Shown here: positions 24,826 through 36,480 of the stretch, piece by piece
Position numbering within the stretch: position 1 is the first letter of the stretch
How the letters are laid out: every line of letters begins with the position of its first letter
NCBI GenBank assembly: GCA_963733035.1
Contig: CAVTBU010000007.1
Location: 32,001-96,000 of the forward strand
Length of the DNA: 64,000 bases
Origin: Pirellulales bacterium
Lineage (GTDB): Bacteria > Planctomycetota > Planctomycetia > Pirellulales > PALSA-1355
Direction: 5' to 3'
The notes under the pieces: generated by a model
What the model saw: only the letters and a program-made list of their open reading frames with translations
What the model was told of the DNA's origin: nothing
Database searches by the model: none
Program-made: the position numbers and the translations under genes

Positions 24826-25701
24826 ATGACGACCGACGTGCAGACCGCCGAGAAGTTTTTGGCCTATGATGGCGATTGCCCAATGTGCATTGCCACGGTC
24901 GGGCTGCTTATTCGCTGGGGCCTGGTCCGCCAGGAGCAAACCCACGCCAACCACGACTTGGATGCCGCCGACGCCGAATTGGCCCGACAGGCGGGCATTC
25001 GCAACCAACTCGTGGTGATTGATCCGGTGACGCGTCAGACGCGCGTCGGTAGCGACGGGCTGCTGTGGATCGTCGGCGAGACGGCCGGTTACCGGTCTCT
25101 TACTCGACTGTTTTCGCTACCGGGGTTTCGGCAGTTGCTCAATTTTGGCTATCAGGCGGTTTCATATAACCGGCGGATCATCAGCCCGCCAGCGCAGCAG
25201 ATCGTGTGCGATTGCGAGCCCCAGGTGACCGTCTTTCGGCGGTTGACGCTGATGGTGCCGCTGGCGGTCCTGTCGGTGTTGATTATGGCCGGATTTGGAG
25301 CAGCCGTGTTTGTCGGTTGTGGCCTGGGCGACCCGCTTGCCGGTGTTGTGCTGATGGAAGTTGCCAGCGGCGTCGGCTGGCTGATTGCCGGCACGGCCGG
25401 CGCGACCTTGCTGCGTGGCATGCGGGGACTCGACTACGTTGGCCATCTGGTCGTAACGATGTTCGCCGGCTCGCTGGTGCTGCTGCCCGGGGCGATGGTG
25501 CTGGCTTTTCTACCACGGCCAGCCGCGGTGGCGCTGGCCGTGCTGTCGCTGATGTTCAGTTGCTCGACAATGTTCAAGATGCAGGTTCGCCGTGTGACGA
25601 GGCAATCGCTTTCGTACTTTTGGCTGTGGGGCTGGGCGCTGGTGATGCTCGCGGGGTTTGGATCAACGCTGGCGACTTTCTTTCGTCAACAGTTGCCCTA
25701 A
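24826..25701 (+). CDS. DCC1-like (DUF393) thiol-disulfide oxidoreductase fused to a multi-TM domain
   Basis: YDGDCPMC, Y..VSYNRRII, CDC, then about 5 hydrophobic helices. Confidence 0.8.
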   Translation: MTTDVQTAEKFLAYDGDCPMCIATVGLLIRWGLVRQEQTHANHDLDAADAELARQAGIRNQLVVIDPVTRQTRVGSDGLLWIVGETAGYRSLTRLFSLPGFRQLLNFGYQAVSYNRRIISPPAQQIVCDCEPQVTVFRRLTLMVPLAVLSVLIMAGFGAAVFVGCGLGDPLAGVVLMEVASGVGWLIAGTAGATLLRGMRGLDYVGHLVVTMFAGSLVLLPGAMVLAFLPRPAAVALAVLSLMFSCSTMFKMQVRRVTRQSLSYFWLWGWALVMLAGFGSTLATFFRQQLP

Positions 25702-25767
25702 CGACCTTTGTCGCTGCCAGCGCATTGAGGCGATGACTCTCGCGCGCCGTCAAATCCTTTAACGAGT

Positions 25768-27105
25768 TTACGTCTGCGTGTCGAGCCGCAGGAAGCACCA
25801 GGCGAGGATCAAGAAGCCGGTGCCGAAGCCCGTGAGCGCCAGGCACGCCTGCGCCACCAGCGTAATATTGGCCGTGCCGGGGTTGGCAAGCAGTTGCTTA
25901 TAGGCGATCAAGGCCCAGGCCTGTGGCGTGATCAGGCTGAACTGCTTCATGTTCTCTGGCATCAGGTCGCGATCGCCCATCAGGCAGCCGCTAATGCCGG
26001 CCAGCACCAACACGAGCAGTGTGCCGTAGATGGCGACTTGGGCTTCGCTGCGCGCCACCGATGCGACGAGCAGCGCCAGCCCCATGGCCGAGAGCGATGT
26101 GGTAAAGACAACCAGCAGCAGCCACCCGGGATTGTCACCCCAACTCATGCCAAAGATGAGCTTTCCGGCAATCAACAGTAACAACCCCTGCGCCAGCGAA
26201 AGGGCAAAGCAGGGGAGCAGCTTGCCGAGAAGAATTTCGGTGCGCGACAGCGGCGCGGCCCGCAGCCGTTTGAGCGTTCCTTGGCGACGTTCGGCCACGA
26301 ACAGCCAGCCGACGGTGAGCACCAGGAAATAGGCGAACATGACCGTATACGACGGCACCAGCGTCTGGTAGCGCTGCGCCCCGCGGCCGATGATGCCGGT
26401 CGCTTTTTCCGAGCCGTAAACTGAAATCTCGGCTCCCTTGTCATCACGCTCCTCGGCACGAGTCAGCGCTTGCCAGGTCGTTCCCATCAAATTGTAGTTG
26501 GGGAACATTTTCTGCAGTGCGTTCTTGACGAACGTCCCCATTTGATTGCCGATCTTCTCAAACGCCCGACCGATCATCCAGGGGAGCACCACGCGGAGCA
26601 ACGTCACTTGCCCGACCTGCTCGATAATCGACGCGGCAGTCAGTTGCGTGGGATCGACCAGCATTTGAGCATCGAGCGCCTTGATATCGACGCCGTCGCG
26701 AAAGAGCGGATTGACGCCGCCGGGCAGGAACGAGCTCTTGGTCACCTTTTCGCTGAATTCCGGACCAAACACGATGACCGCCGCACGCTTGCCGCTGTGC
26801 ACCAGTTCTTCCGCTTCGGCCAGGGTGGGAATCACTTCCACGCGAATTCCGGCCGTCTGAGCCAGATCGCGGGCAACCGTCTTCGACCACTGGATGTCTT
26901 TTTGCGTGACCTCGTCGAAGTACGGCTGGTCCAGGTCGACAACGGAAATCCGCAGCCGGTCGTCGGGCTTCTGCCCAAAACCCTCGCCCAGCGAAACTCC
27001 CAGCACCAGGATGAAGATCAGCGGCATCGCCAGCAGCACCACGACCGCCCGCGGATCGCGCAGCAGGAGCCGCAGATCTTTCTTGGCCAGCGTCCAAACC
27101 AACAT
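25768..27105 (-). CDS. ABC-2 type transporter permease
   Basis: KDLRLLLRDP, ERRQGTLKRLRAAP..ILLGK. Confidence 0.9.
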   Translation of the reverse strand: MLVWTLAKKDLRLLLRDPRAVVVLLAMPLIFILVLGVSLGEGFGQKPDDRLRISVVDLDQPYFDEVTQKDIQWSKTVARDLAQTAGIRVEVIPTLAEAEELVHSGKRAAVIVFGPEFSEKVTKSSFLPGGVNPLFRDGVDIKALDAQMLVDPTQLTAASIIEQVGQVTLLRVVLPWMIGRAFEKIGNQMGTFVKNALQKMFPNYNLMGTTWQALTRAEERDDKGAEISVYGSEKATGIIGRGAQRYQTLVPSYTVMFAYFLVLTVGWLFVAERRQGTLKRLRAAPLSRTEILLGKLLPCFALSLAQGLLLLIAGKLIFGMSWGDNPGWLLLVVFTTSLSAMGLALLVASVARSEAQVAIYGTLLVLVLAGISGCLMGDRDLMPENMKQFSLITPQAWALIAYKQLLANPGTANITLVAQACLALTGFGTGFLILAWCFLRLDTQT

Positions 27106-27114
27106 GACGTCTCC

Positions 27115-28050
27115 TCAATCGCGCAGCGCGTGTCCCGTCAGGTGCAGAAACACGCGTTCCAGGTTGGGTTCGATGGTTTCCAGGCTCAACAGTTCGATGT
27201 CCATATCGTTGAGCAGCGAGATGAGGCGCATCAGGGCGCCCTTCACGTCGTGACACTCCAGTTCCATTGCGGGGCCGGCATGTCCGTTCAAGCTTACTCC
27301 GGGGATTTGCCGCAACCGCTCCTCGAACTTCGCGGAAGACTCACCCACGCGAAAGCGGATCAGCCCGTCGATCCTTTGCAGCATGGCATGTAGGTCGTCG
27401 CAGGCGATCAGGTTACCGTGGTCGATGATGCCTACGCGCGAGCAGAGCGATTGTACTTCTTCGATGTAGTGGCTTGTGTAGACGATCCCCACACCCAGGC
27501 CGGCAAGCCGCCTGACTTCCTCGAAGATGTGGTTGCGCGACTGGGGGTCGACACCCGTGGTGGGTTCGTCGAGGAGCAGCAGTTTCGGCTCGTGGACGAT
27601 GGCCGCTCCCAGATTTAACCGCCGTTTCATTCCACCAGAAAATCGCTCGACCCGATCGTGGGCCCTGTCGGCCAGCCCGATCGCTTCCAAAACATGGTTG
27701 ACGCGGTGCTCGAGTTGCTGGCCGCGAATGCCGTACAAGCTGCCAAAGAAGCGGAGGTTCTCGCGCGCATTAAGTTCGCCATAGATGGCGAGTTCCTGCG
27801 GTACGATGCCAATCTCGCGACGCAGTTGCCGGTCGCGCGTCGAGGCCTTGTGCCCCAGGATGCGGGCTTCACCTGAGGTGGGTTCCAGCAGGCAGGAGAC
27901 GATTGACAGCAGCGTGGTTTTTCCTGCGCCGTTCGGACCGAGCAGACCGAACAGTTCGCCGGCGTGGACTTCGAAGCTGACGCCGTCGAGGGCCGTGGTC
28001 TGGCCGTAGCGTTTACGAAGGTCGGTGATCTTCAGCAGGGGTTCAGCCAT
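27115..28050 (-). CDS. ABC transporter ATP-binding protein
   Basis: GPNGAGKTT, FSGGMKRR, LLLDEPT. Confidence 0.95.
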   Translation of the reverse strand: MAEPLLKITDLRKRYGQTTALDGVSFEVHAGELFGLLGPNGAGKTTLLSIVSCLLEPTSGEARILGHKASTRDRQLRREIGIVPQELAIYGELNARENLRFFGSLYGIRGQQLEHRVNHVLEAIGLADRAHDRVERFSGGMKRRLNLGAAIVHEPKLLLLDEPTTGVDPQSRNHIFEEVRRLAGLGVGIVYTSHYIEEVQSLCSRVGIIDHGNLIACDDLHAMLQRIDGLIRFRVGESSAKFEERLRQIPGVSLNGHAGPAMELECHDVKGALMRLISLLNDMDIELLSLETIEPNLERVFLHLTGHALRD

Positions 28051-28241
28051 TGGGGCGATCCGTCAGCGGCCGTGAAGTGCCGCTTCGCGCGCTGGCGCGA
28101 AGGCAGTTTGCACTTTGTGCGCCAAAGTCCGCCTGTGCAACAAGCCGGGCCGGCGCGCCTACCTTAACGCCGCACGGTCGGTTGTACAAGCGCTCGGCTC
28201 GGCGCGAGTGGACCATCCCGGAAGTAAAAGCGGCGGCATGC

Positions 28242-29239
28242 TTAGCGATGGAAGTAGACCATCGCCAGCGAGCCCAGGACCAATACGATGATTAACCAGC
28301 CGTCGGGTTCGACCAATCGCACGCGACGTTCCGCCTGGTACAACTGGCCCATGATGACGACGGCAGTGACCACGATCACCGACAGTGCCGTTAGCGCGTG
28401 GGCGATGGAAACATCGGCGAACAATTGCCCCGGGTACGCCAGGTCGAGCGGCAGCAGTAGCGCCATGTTGAAGACGTTGCTGCCAAGAATATTGCCCAGT
28501 GCCAGATCTGCTGCCCCGATCCGGATTGCGGCCAGTGATGTCACGAGTTCGGGTAGCGAGGTTGACAAGGCGACGAGTGTAGTGCCAACGAACGTGCCTC
28601 CCAGGCCGCTCAATTGGGCGATCACTCCGGCGGCGTCGGCCAGGAAGGGTGCCGCAAAGACGATCACGGCCGCGGCCAACCCAAAACCGATCAAGGCTTT
28701 GGCCAGCGCCCGTGGTTCGGCCGCTTCGGAGGTCATTTCCGGATCGGCGGTATGCAGCGGCGCGCCGAGCCGCTGGTCCATATAAACCAATCGCATGCCG
28801 AGCAGGTAGGCCGAGCCCAGTCCCAGGGCGGCGACGCTGACATTGTAGAACGTCATGTTCGACCGCGTGACAATGGCCCCGCCGGCCAGTGCCGTCAGCA
28901 CGATGCTCAGCGCCCAGGCAGCGCGTGCGCCGACGAGATGCGCGACAGCGCTCGGCCCCGCGAACCGGGCAACAGATCGACGATGCCCAGGATCAGCAGG
29001 TTCATCAGGCTGCTGCCCATCAGATCGCCAACCGCCACGTTCGGCAGTCCCTTCCGCACGGCGCTGATATCGACCGACAGTTCCGGCAGCGAGGTTGCGC
29101 CAGCTAGCAGGATACTGCCGATCAGCAGGCGTCCCATCCCGGTCACTTCGGCGATGATGTCCGCAAAGCGCGAAAGAAAGGTGCCGGCCGCGACAATGAT
29201 TGCCGCCGCGATGAGAAACTGCAGGATCGCGCCCGTCAT
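28242..29239 (-). CDS. Ca2+/Na+ antiporter (CaCA/YrbG-like); frameshift near 28912
   Basis: Two alpha-repeats: ATSLPEL..GDLMGSSLMN and STSLPEL..GNILGSNVFN. Confidence 0.9.
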
Positions 29240-29562
29240 CGAAGTGGATGCTCCGTGGACTCAGTGGGATTCGTCGCGTCGGCAGGTGATCCCAAGCCGC
29301 GAGGAGCCCTCAATCTAACGCAAGGCCAGCGTGCTGCCAGGGCAAGTTTTGCCGAGTTGCCGCCGCGCGCTCGGCAAACTCGCTGCCAGCCGTTCGGGGA
29401 GTGTTGCCGGAACGCAACATTTTCGAAAAAACGCGTGCCAGAGGTACTGCGGCCCGCTCCAGCCGTGGATATTTGGGCTAGGCTTTCAATGCCGCTCCGT
29501 TCCAGGCGCGGCGTTTTGTGTTTGAACCCTTCTTCGCGATTCAGCAAATCGGTAGCGTCATC

Positions 29563-30069
29563 ATGAAACCGGTGACCAGCCCTTCCAAGCGTCGCGGCGT
29601 GGTGGCAGTCGAGGCTGCCGTTGTCATGCCGCTGTTGATCATCCTGATGTTTGGCATCTGGGAGGTGGGACGCATCGTGCAAATCAAACAGGTCTTGGTG
29701 AATGGTGCCCGCGAAGGTGCGCGCCTGGCGGCGGGTGGCTACACGACCAACAGCCAGCCGGTGACCAACACGATGGTGCAACAGGCCGTGAAGGACTACC
29801 TGCAAGGGGCCGGGCTGCCGGCAGACGCCTACAATAATGCCGAGGTGACGCTAACCTGCCTGGCGGGTACCGGCTGGACGAACCCTTCCGACGCGCTGCC
29901 ACTCGATAAGTTCGAGGTGAACGTCAAGATTCCCGCAGGCACCGCTTTCGAAAGTACGCGCTGGTCATTCTTGCCGCGGTTGACCGGCGTCACCGAATTG
30001 GAAGCCGACGTGGAATGGGCTTCTCTCAACAACACAAAGATCTCGGTCGGGACTAGTTTGCCGTACTAA
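29563..30069 (+). CDS. TadE-like pseudopilin
   Basis: RRG|VVAVEAAVVMPLL, NGAREGARLA. Confidence 0.9.
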   Translation: MKPVTSPSKRRGVVAVEAAVVMPLLIILMFGIWEVGRIVQIKQVLVNGAREGARLAAGGYTTNSQPVTNTMVQQAVKDYLQGAGLPADAYNNAEVTLTCLAGTGWTNPSDALPLDKFEVNVKIPAGTAFESTRWSFLPRLTGVTELEADVEWASLNNTKISVGTSLPY

Positions 30070-30092
30070 CTCCAGCGGCGAGGAATTGTGCG

Positions 30093-30569
30093 ATGCGCGC
30101 CTTGTTCAAACCTTCGCGAAACACACGGCCTCGCCGTGGTGGCGCCGTGGCCGAGGCGGCGGTCGTTTTACCCATCGTGTTGATGTTCCTGATGGGCATC
30201 CTGGAATACGGCCGCTACGTGATGATGCAGCAGGTCTTGACGAATGCCGCGCGGGAAGGGGCCCACTACGCGTTGGCACACACCGAACCCTTCACGCTGC
30301 AGAACGTCACCTACGGCAACGCAACCTCCGACGTCGAAGCCAAAGTGAATCAGGCGCTGGCCGGACAACAACTGACCGGACAAACGATTCAAGTCTACGC
30401 CTCCGACGTGCAGGGCAACAATATCGGCGCCTGGACCGATACCTCGGCCGGAGAGTCGATCTGCGTCAAAATCTCTGGCACCTACAACTTCATGATCCCG
30501 CAAATGCTGCAGTTACCGTCCTCCACGACGGTGACCACCAAGGCAATCATGCGCAGCGAAGGAAACTAA
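30093..30569 (+). CDS. TadE-like pseudopilin
   Basis: RRG|GAVAEAAVVLP, NAAREGA. Confidence 0.9.
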   Translation: MRALFKPSRNTRPRRGGAVAEAAVVLPIVLMFLMGILEYGRYVMMQQVLTNAAREGAHYALAHTEPFTLQNVTYGNATSDVEAKVNQALAGQQLTGQTIQVYASDVQGNNIGAWTDTSAGESICVKISGTYNFMIPQMLQLPSSTTVTTKAIMRSEGN

Positions 30570-30634
30570 ACCACGATGCTCGGCCTGTCGGCCGCCGGCA
30601 GGTCTTCGAGCTCCGTCAACAAAGAGGCACAGCC

Positions 30635-33042
30635 ATGCAAAGCCGTCGAAACAACCGCCGCTCGGGCGTCGCTCTGGTGCTCGTGTTAGTCGCCACCATC
30701 GCGCTATTTGCATTCGTGGCCCTGGCCATCGACCTGGGCATGTTGGCCGTCGCGCGCACCCAGCTTCAGGATGCGGTCGACCTGGCCGCGATGGCGGGGG
30801 CGCGCACGCTGAACGGCGATTCGTCGGCGAACAACAACTATTCGAGCGTGAGTCCGAATGCCATTTCCGTCGCCACGGCCAATTCCGTGCTCAGCAAGCC
30901 GATCACTTCCGGCCAGGTTTCGCTGCAAATCGGCCGCTACGTCTACGTTCCCTCCAACCAGCGTTTCGAGGGCGTGATTCCCGGACCATCATCCGAAAAC
31001 TGGAGCATGGTCAGCGCTCAAGTGACGGCGAACGTCAACAACAACCTCGCCTTCGCCAAGGTGTTTAATGTCGGCAGCTCGAACATGGCAGCCACCGCCA
31101 CTGCCGTGCACCGCCCCCGCGACGTCGCGGTCGTGCTCGACTACTCGGGTTCCATGCGGTACGGCAGCACGCTGGGCCTGCCGTTTGGCAGCAGCTCGCG
31201 AACCAGCAGCAACAACCCGGATTCGCAGATTCCGCTTTTCGGTCACTATTCGAGCGGTTCGGCTGGTTTGCAGGCCACAAGTTTTCAGGCACTCTACGGC
31301 GAGGGCAATATCTCGACGACGACTTCGGATGGCCGCGGCCCGGTGATCGCCGACTTTTACACCAGCGCCGGGGGAGGACAGGCTTTTTCGCAGGCGCCCG
31401 TCAACTACGGCGCCACGCCCGGCGGCGACAATTACCTGCTGGAAGATTGGAACGGCGGCGCCAACTACGCCAAGACCGTGCAGGACATCGTCAACCAGAC
31501 GACTCGCGACACGACGTTCGAAACGCAAGGCTTCGCTGCCTACACCGGACAGCCCTTCAACGGTTACACGCAGGGGCCCGGCTACTGGGGAAAAACGTTC
31601 TTCGTTTGGCCCCCGAACCCGCTCAGCGACTGGCGGGCCATTTATTTCAACACCCAAAACAACCCCGACCTGTGGAGCACGTCGGGCAGTTGGAAGAAGC
31701 CAGCCACGATCAACTACGCGGCGATCTTGAACTTCATTAAGAACGTCGGACCGAATCCGTTTCCCAGCCGCTTGCAGTCGGGGCGAATTCTGTACTACGA
31801 CGCGATTCCCGACAACATTTCCGGATCGTGGCCTCCGACCGACCTGAATCAGCGCTTCTGGAAAGACTACATCGACTACGTCTTGGGTCTGATTCAGTAC
31901 AGCGGCAGCGGCTGGACCGTGATTACCGACCGCACCGGCTACGGCGACGACTTCACCTGGGGCTCGATCCGCATCAGCGCCAAGCCGACCGGAGCTAACG
32001 CGCCCTACATGGACTATCGCGACAATCCGAAGCGCCCCAAGACGCACTTCTGGTTTGGTCCGCTGACGATGATCGATTTCCTGGGTAACTACAACATGTG
32101 GTACCAGAACAACGTGAACCCAGTGACGTCGCGCTATTGTTGGTGGCCGGGCACATGTCACGAATCGCCGATGTATGCCTGCAAGCTGGGCATTCGCGCG
32201 GCCTTGGATGACGTTCGCACCAATCATCCAAACAACCTCGTGGCGTTGATGATGTTCAGCCACCCCCGCGCTTCGGCGAACGCCGACGGCCGGTTCAATC
32301 GCCCACGCGTGGGATTGGGGCGGAACTACGACCGGATGCAGGAGGCGCTCTGGTATCCACCGACGACGTTGGGGAATTCCGGCGCTACGATACGCCCCTA
32401 TGACGACGACAACTACGAAGTTCCGCGGGCCGTCGGCGGCACCTGTTATTCGATGGGGCTGATGCAGGCCTACAACCAATTCAGCGGCAACACGACGCTG
32501 CAGAGCTTTAATCCGTATGAACCGACCGGCGACGCCGGAGGCAACGGTCGCCACGGCGCCCAGAAGATCATCATTCTCGAGACCGACGGGATGCCGACTC
32601 ACACAGCCAATGCCTCGCTGGTTAATGCGGGTTCCCACAACAGCTACTACGCCGTTCGCTTCAAGACCGGGGGAGCCGGTGGCAGCGAGTATCCCACCAG
32701 CGTCGGCCAATACAGCGAAAACAGCAGCACGGTGACCGCACAGGTCTATGACCTGTGCGCCAACTGGCCGCCTCGGAGAATGCCAGCCCGCCAGGCTATT
32801 CAAGTCCGTCCAAGAAACTGCTGATTCACTGCATCGGTTTCGGTCCAGCGTTCGCCCCAGGAAGCAGCAAGCGCGACGCTGCGCTGGCCACCCTCTCGCA
32901 AATGCAAACAATCGGCAACGTGTCCGGTGGCATGCCGGAGTACAAGATCATTTACGGCACCGAGCAGGAGATGGTCGCGCGCATGCAGCAGGCGTTTACG
33001 CAGATCCTGCAGGACGGCGTGCAAGTGGCCCTGGTGCACTAG
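30635..33042 (+). CDS. TadG-like pilus-associated protein with VWA domain; frameshift near 32758
   Basis: ALAIDLG..QLQDAVDLAAMAGA (Tad domain), RDVAVVLDYSGSM (MIDAS), IILETDG, IHCIGFG. Confidence 0.85.
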
Positions 33043-33088
33043 TCGCTTGTAGGTAGTGTGGTAGCATGGTCTCCCTTTCGCCCCTGGC

Positions 33089-33119
33089 CGGGCCCGCCCC
33101 CGCCGGGGGCCCGTTTTTT
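33089..33119 (+). terminator. Rho-independent terminator
   Basis: cgggccc...gggcccg followed by T6. Confidence 0.7.
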
Positions 33120-33204
33120 GGCGATGCACGATTGCGGGTGCGGAACCGACCGTCGTCCGCACTGGAATGCTAACGGCCGCCTCTCATTGGCTATACTGGC
33201 GCAC

Positions 33205-33606
33205 ATGCGCGAACGCCTCGACAAGTTGCCCCCGCCGGCATCAAAACGTCGATCATTCCGCTTCAGCCTGATTGGGTTGTTCGTGGCGATCACGACATTC
33301 GCAATCGGCTTCGCTATTTGTTGGCAGATGCTTATCGTGAAGCAGCGTCGCGATTTTTTGAGCACGCTCCGGGCCAATCGCAGAATCAGGGACATTTCTG
33401 TAGAAAGTGATTATCTATACGGAGCGGAGCGACTAGAACATCGCGGATTCTCGATGCCGCGAATACGGCGCTGGCTAGGCGACGAGGGAGTGCTGCGAAT
33501 CGATACGGCCGGGTCGCTTAGCAAAGAAGAGCAAGAAGGGCTCGAACGTATCTTTCCGGAAGCGATTGTAAAGGCCGGGCCTCCGACTGGAACGAGCTTT
33601 TTTTAG
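33205..33606 (+). CDS. Small membrane protein with an RFSLxxL-type N-terminus
   Basis: RRSFRFSLIGLFVAIT TM segment; TATACT 7 nt before the ATG. Confidence 0.65.
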   Translation: MRERLDKLPPPASKRRSFRFSLIGLFVAITTFAIGFAICWQMLIVKQRRDFLSTLRANRRIRDISVESDYLYGAERLEHRGFSMPRIRRWLGDEGVLRIDTAGSLSKEEQEGLERIFPEAIVKAGPPTGTSFF

Positions 33607-33724
33607 TGCCATCTCGTCAATTTCAATTTCAGACGGATGCACTTCCCAAACTTGTTGCCGACGGCTTGTCGCGCGGCTAGAGTGCACGCTGGACATCCCG
33701 GCTTCTTCCACCTCGAGGTGCGTT

Positions 33725-34710
33725 ATGCTCAGGCGGCAACATGCGGCGACAGCTGGTTTGGCAGTCTTGTTCGTGGCGTTGGTTTCCTCGGCCGAGGCTT
33801 GGCAAGGGGCCGACAATTTCAAGCCGCCGGCCGACGTGGCGATGCGCAAAGCCACGATCGTCAGCGAAGGCACCCGCATGGCCGCTGAAATCTACTCGCC
33901 CAAGGAGCCGGCCAGCGAAAAGTTGCCGACGATCGTCATGGCCCACGGCTGGGGCGGCGTTGCGGCTCATCTGCGGCCGGATGCGGTGGCCTTTGCCGCG
34001 CGGGTTATCTGGTCGTGGTGTTTGACTACCGCGGCTGGGGCGCCAGTGATTCGCGCGTCGTGCTGACCGAAAAACAACCTGAGCACACCAGCGACCAACG
34101 GTTTACGGCCGAAGTATTTGAAGTTCGCGAGGTGGTCGACCCGATCGATCAAACGACCGATCTGGCCAATGCGGTCAGTTGGGCCTACGGTGAACCGCAG
34201 TGCGACGGTGAGCGAATCGGGCTTTGGGGGAGCAGCTATTCCGGCGGCCACGTCATTTATGTTGCCGCTCGCGACCCGCGCGTCAAAGCCACGGTCAGCC
34301 AGGTTCCGGCGCTCGACTCGCGGCCGATGGTGCTCGACGGACCCGAGCGCGAAAAGACATTTGCCGAAGCCGCGGCCCGCACGCACGGAGACCTGGGCTA
34401 CCCGCCGCCGGGCGCCCGCGTGATCGGCAATCTCCGCGGCGCTCCGCTCCGCGAAAAAATGATGCAGTATGCTCCGGTCGAAGACGTGGCCCGAGCAGAC
34501 CAGTGCGCCACGCTGTTTGTACTGGCCGAAAACGAAGAACTGTTCGACAACCGCGACCACGGCATCCTGGCGCACGAGCGAGCGCGGGGCCCGAAAAAGC
34601 TGGTTGTGATTCCCAACATCACGCACTACGGGGTCTACCTGCAGGCCCGCAAACAGGCTCAACAATTAGCCATCGACTGGTTCGACGAGCATTTGAAGAA
34701 GAAGTCGTAG
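33725..34710 (+). CDS. Secreted alpha/beta hydrolase; frameshift near 34000
   Basis: Signal peptide, MAHGWGG, FDYRGWGAS, nucleophile elbow GSSYSGG, C-terminal THY. Confidence 0.88.
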
Positions 34711-34739
34711 CCGCAACAAGAGAGCGGAGGTCAGCCGTC

Positions 34740-35690
34740 TTAACGTGCGAGCTTCTCCAGTCGCTGTTGCACGCTGAAGAGGGCCTGCTTGGCTTCGGCC
34801 AATTGCGTGGCGTAGTCGGTCGGTTGCTTCTTTTTCGTGAATGCGCCGACGGTTTGACTGGAAATCGTGTCTAGCACGCTCGATTTGGGGGGCGGCGTGG
34901 CTTGCAGCTTCAGGTAGCTCTCTTGCACGCGGCGAAGTTCCTCGGCCAACGACGCCGCCTCGGCATCGCCAGCCATATAGAGTCCGACTTCCACTTGCCG
35001 GTCGCCCGACGGCACAACCGAATTCGACCAGAACGAATCTTTTTTCACCCGGGCGCGGCATGAAATCGTGCACACGTCGCCGCGCCACTGTTTGGGGACG
35101 GTGGCCAGGAACGAGAATTCCTTGGCTCCCTCGAGCGACGCGGCCCGCGACGGGCGCAGGCGGAAAAACACGCCGTGCTCACGGTCGGTGGTGCCGCTGG
35201 CCACGACCAGTTCCTTGGGCGCGATTTGCCGGTAACAATTCGCGTCACTGTCCTTGGAGGTTTGATTGAGCGTGCCGCCGATCGCCAGCAGCTTGTACAC
35301 CACGTGCACGTCGGCACCCGCGGTGCTGGCTTTCTCCGTGCTCTCCTTGACTTCGATCTGATCGTCGGCCACCGCGCTTTCGAGCGTGGTGTTGGGCAGG
35401 TAGTCCTGAAATCGCAAACGCTTTTCCGGGCTGCGGATCAGGTACATGAAGTCCACGATCTCGGATTCCGACCCTTCTAGCACTCTCGCCGAGATTCGCA
35501 TCTTGCCCTCGACGACTTTCAAGTACTCCGCTGCCGCGAAACCGGGCGGCGTGACATCGCGGCACTCGATGCTCTCGGGTAAATCAAAGGCAATCTCCGC
35601 GGCCCGCGAGGACGAGCCACTGGTGAATGCAAAAGTCGCAAGAAGCGCTAACAATCGCAGCACGCCCGACGCAGAATTGCGATTGGACAT
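34740..35690 (-). CDS. Secreted hypothetical protein
   Basis: GGAGGAGG RBS, signal peptide, beta-rich body with a helical C-terminus. Confidence 0.75.
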   Translation of the reverse strand: MSNRNSASGVLRLLALLATFAFTSGSSSRAAEIAFDLPESIECRDVTPPGFAAAEYLKVVEGKMRISARVLEGSESEIVDFMYLIRSPEKRLRFQDYLPNTTLESAVADDQIEVKESTEKASTAGADVHVVYKLLAIGGTLNQTSKDSDANCYRQIAPKELVVASGTTDREHGVFFRLRPSRAASLEGAKEFSFLATVPKQWRGDVCTISCRARVKKDSFWSNSVVPSGDRQVEVGLYMAGDAEAASLAEELRRVQESYLKLQATPPPKSSVLDTISSQTVGAFTKKKQPTDYATQLAEAKQALFSVQQRLEKLAR

Positions 35691-36480
35691 GACGGCCTCC
35701 TCCGCGTGTTCGACGAGATGTTCCAACCCAGTCGCGTAATGCTACGTGCCAGCGTCAAGGGGAAGGGGCAAGGCGGACGGCCGGGTCTCCGCGCGCAGCG
35801 ATAGCCCGTCGTGCATGCAACCGTGTTTGCCGGCCGACGGACAGCGGTAACTTGCGCCCCGTCACGCAACTAGGTCTGATAGCGGTCGCGGGCCTTGTCT
35901 GGAGGCTTCAAATTGGGAGTGGGAGTGCTGTGCAGGTCGCGCAAGCAGCGGCAAGTTTGTCGCTGAACAGGACACTCGGTCCAGGCGGCGACAGGTAGGA
36001 GCTATCACGCGAAGCGGTGCGGGCATCGCGGCCCGACGGCGCTTTGCGCCACAAGCGTCGCTACGCAGGGCATCCGCGACACGCGTAGCACCGCAATTCA
36101 ATTGGGGCGTCGGTTTTTGCAGATAAAAGGCCTTCAACAAAACATTGCTCATCCGTCACTCCGCCGTTGCAGATGCCCCTGGGTGCCACCGGGCGTGCTG
36201 CAGCCAGCGTGCCGTTCGAACGTCCGCCGTCGACTCGTGGCGACTTATCATTGCCGTTGGGCCGACTTGAGCGACCGCCGCGCGGAGTCGCGTGGCAAGC
36301 GCTTTGCAGGGTGTAAGTCCTTCCACATGATCACTCTTCCGCCAAACGACCGGGCGGATTTCGAGCTGGTTGCCAATGTGCCAAAGCGCCCGCTGCGCAA
36401 GCAGGTAATTCTCGGGGCCATTTCGCTGTCTAGTTGGGATTACGGAACAATTTACAACGAGACATTGTCCGATCGTGATG

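Noticed and set aside
29240..29320. Cation riboswitch ahead of the Ca2+/Na+ antiporter
   Set aside because: Only a short TGGGAT/ATCCCA stem; no match I can support to yybP-ykoY, nhaA or fluoride motifs
30086..30634. 183-aa N-terminal extension of the TadG-like ORF
   Set aside because: It is the shadow frame of the second TadE; the real start with an RBS is at 30635
30989..32911. Long antisense ORFs (also 8378-9520, 17384-18682, 59721-61214, 61740-63200)
   Set aside because: Expected antisense shadows of high-GC coding genes, with no recognisable motifs
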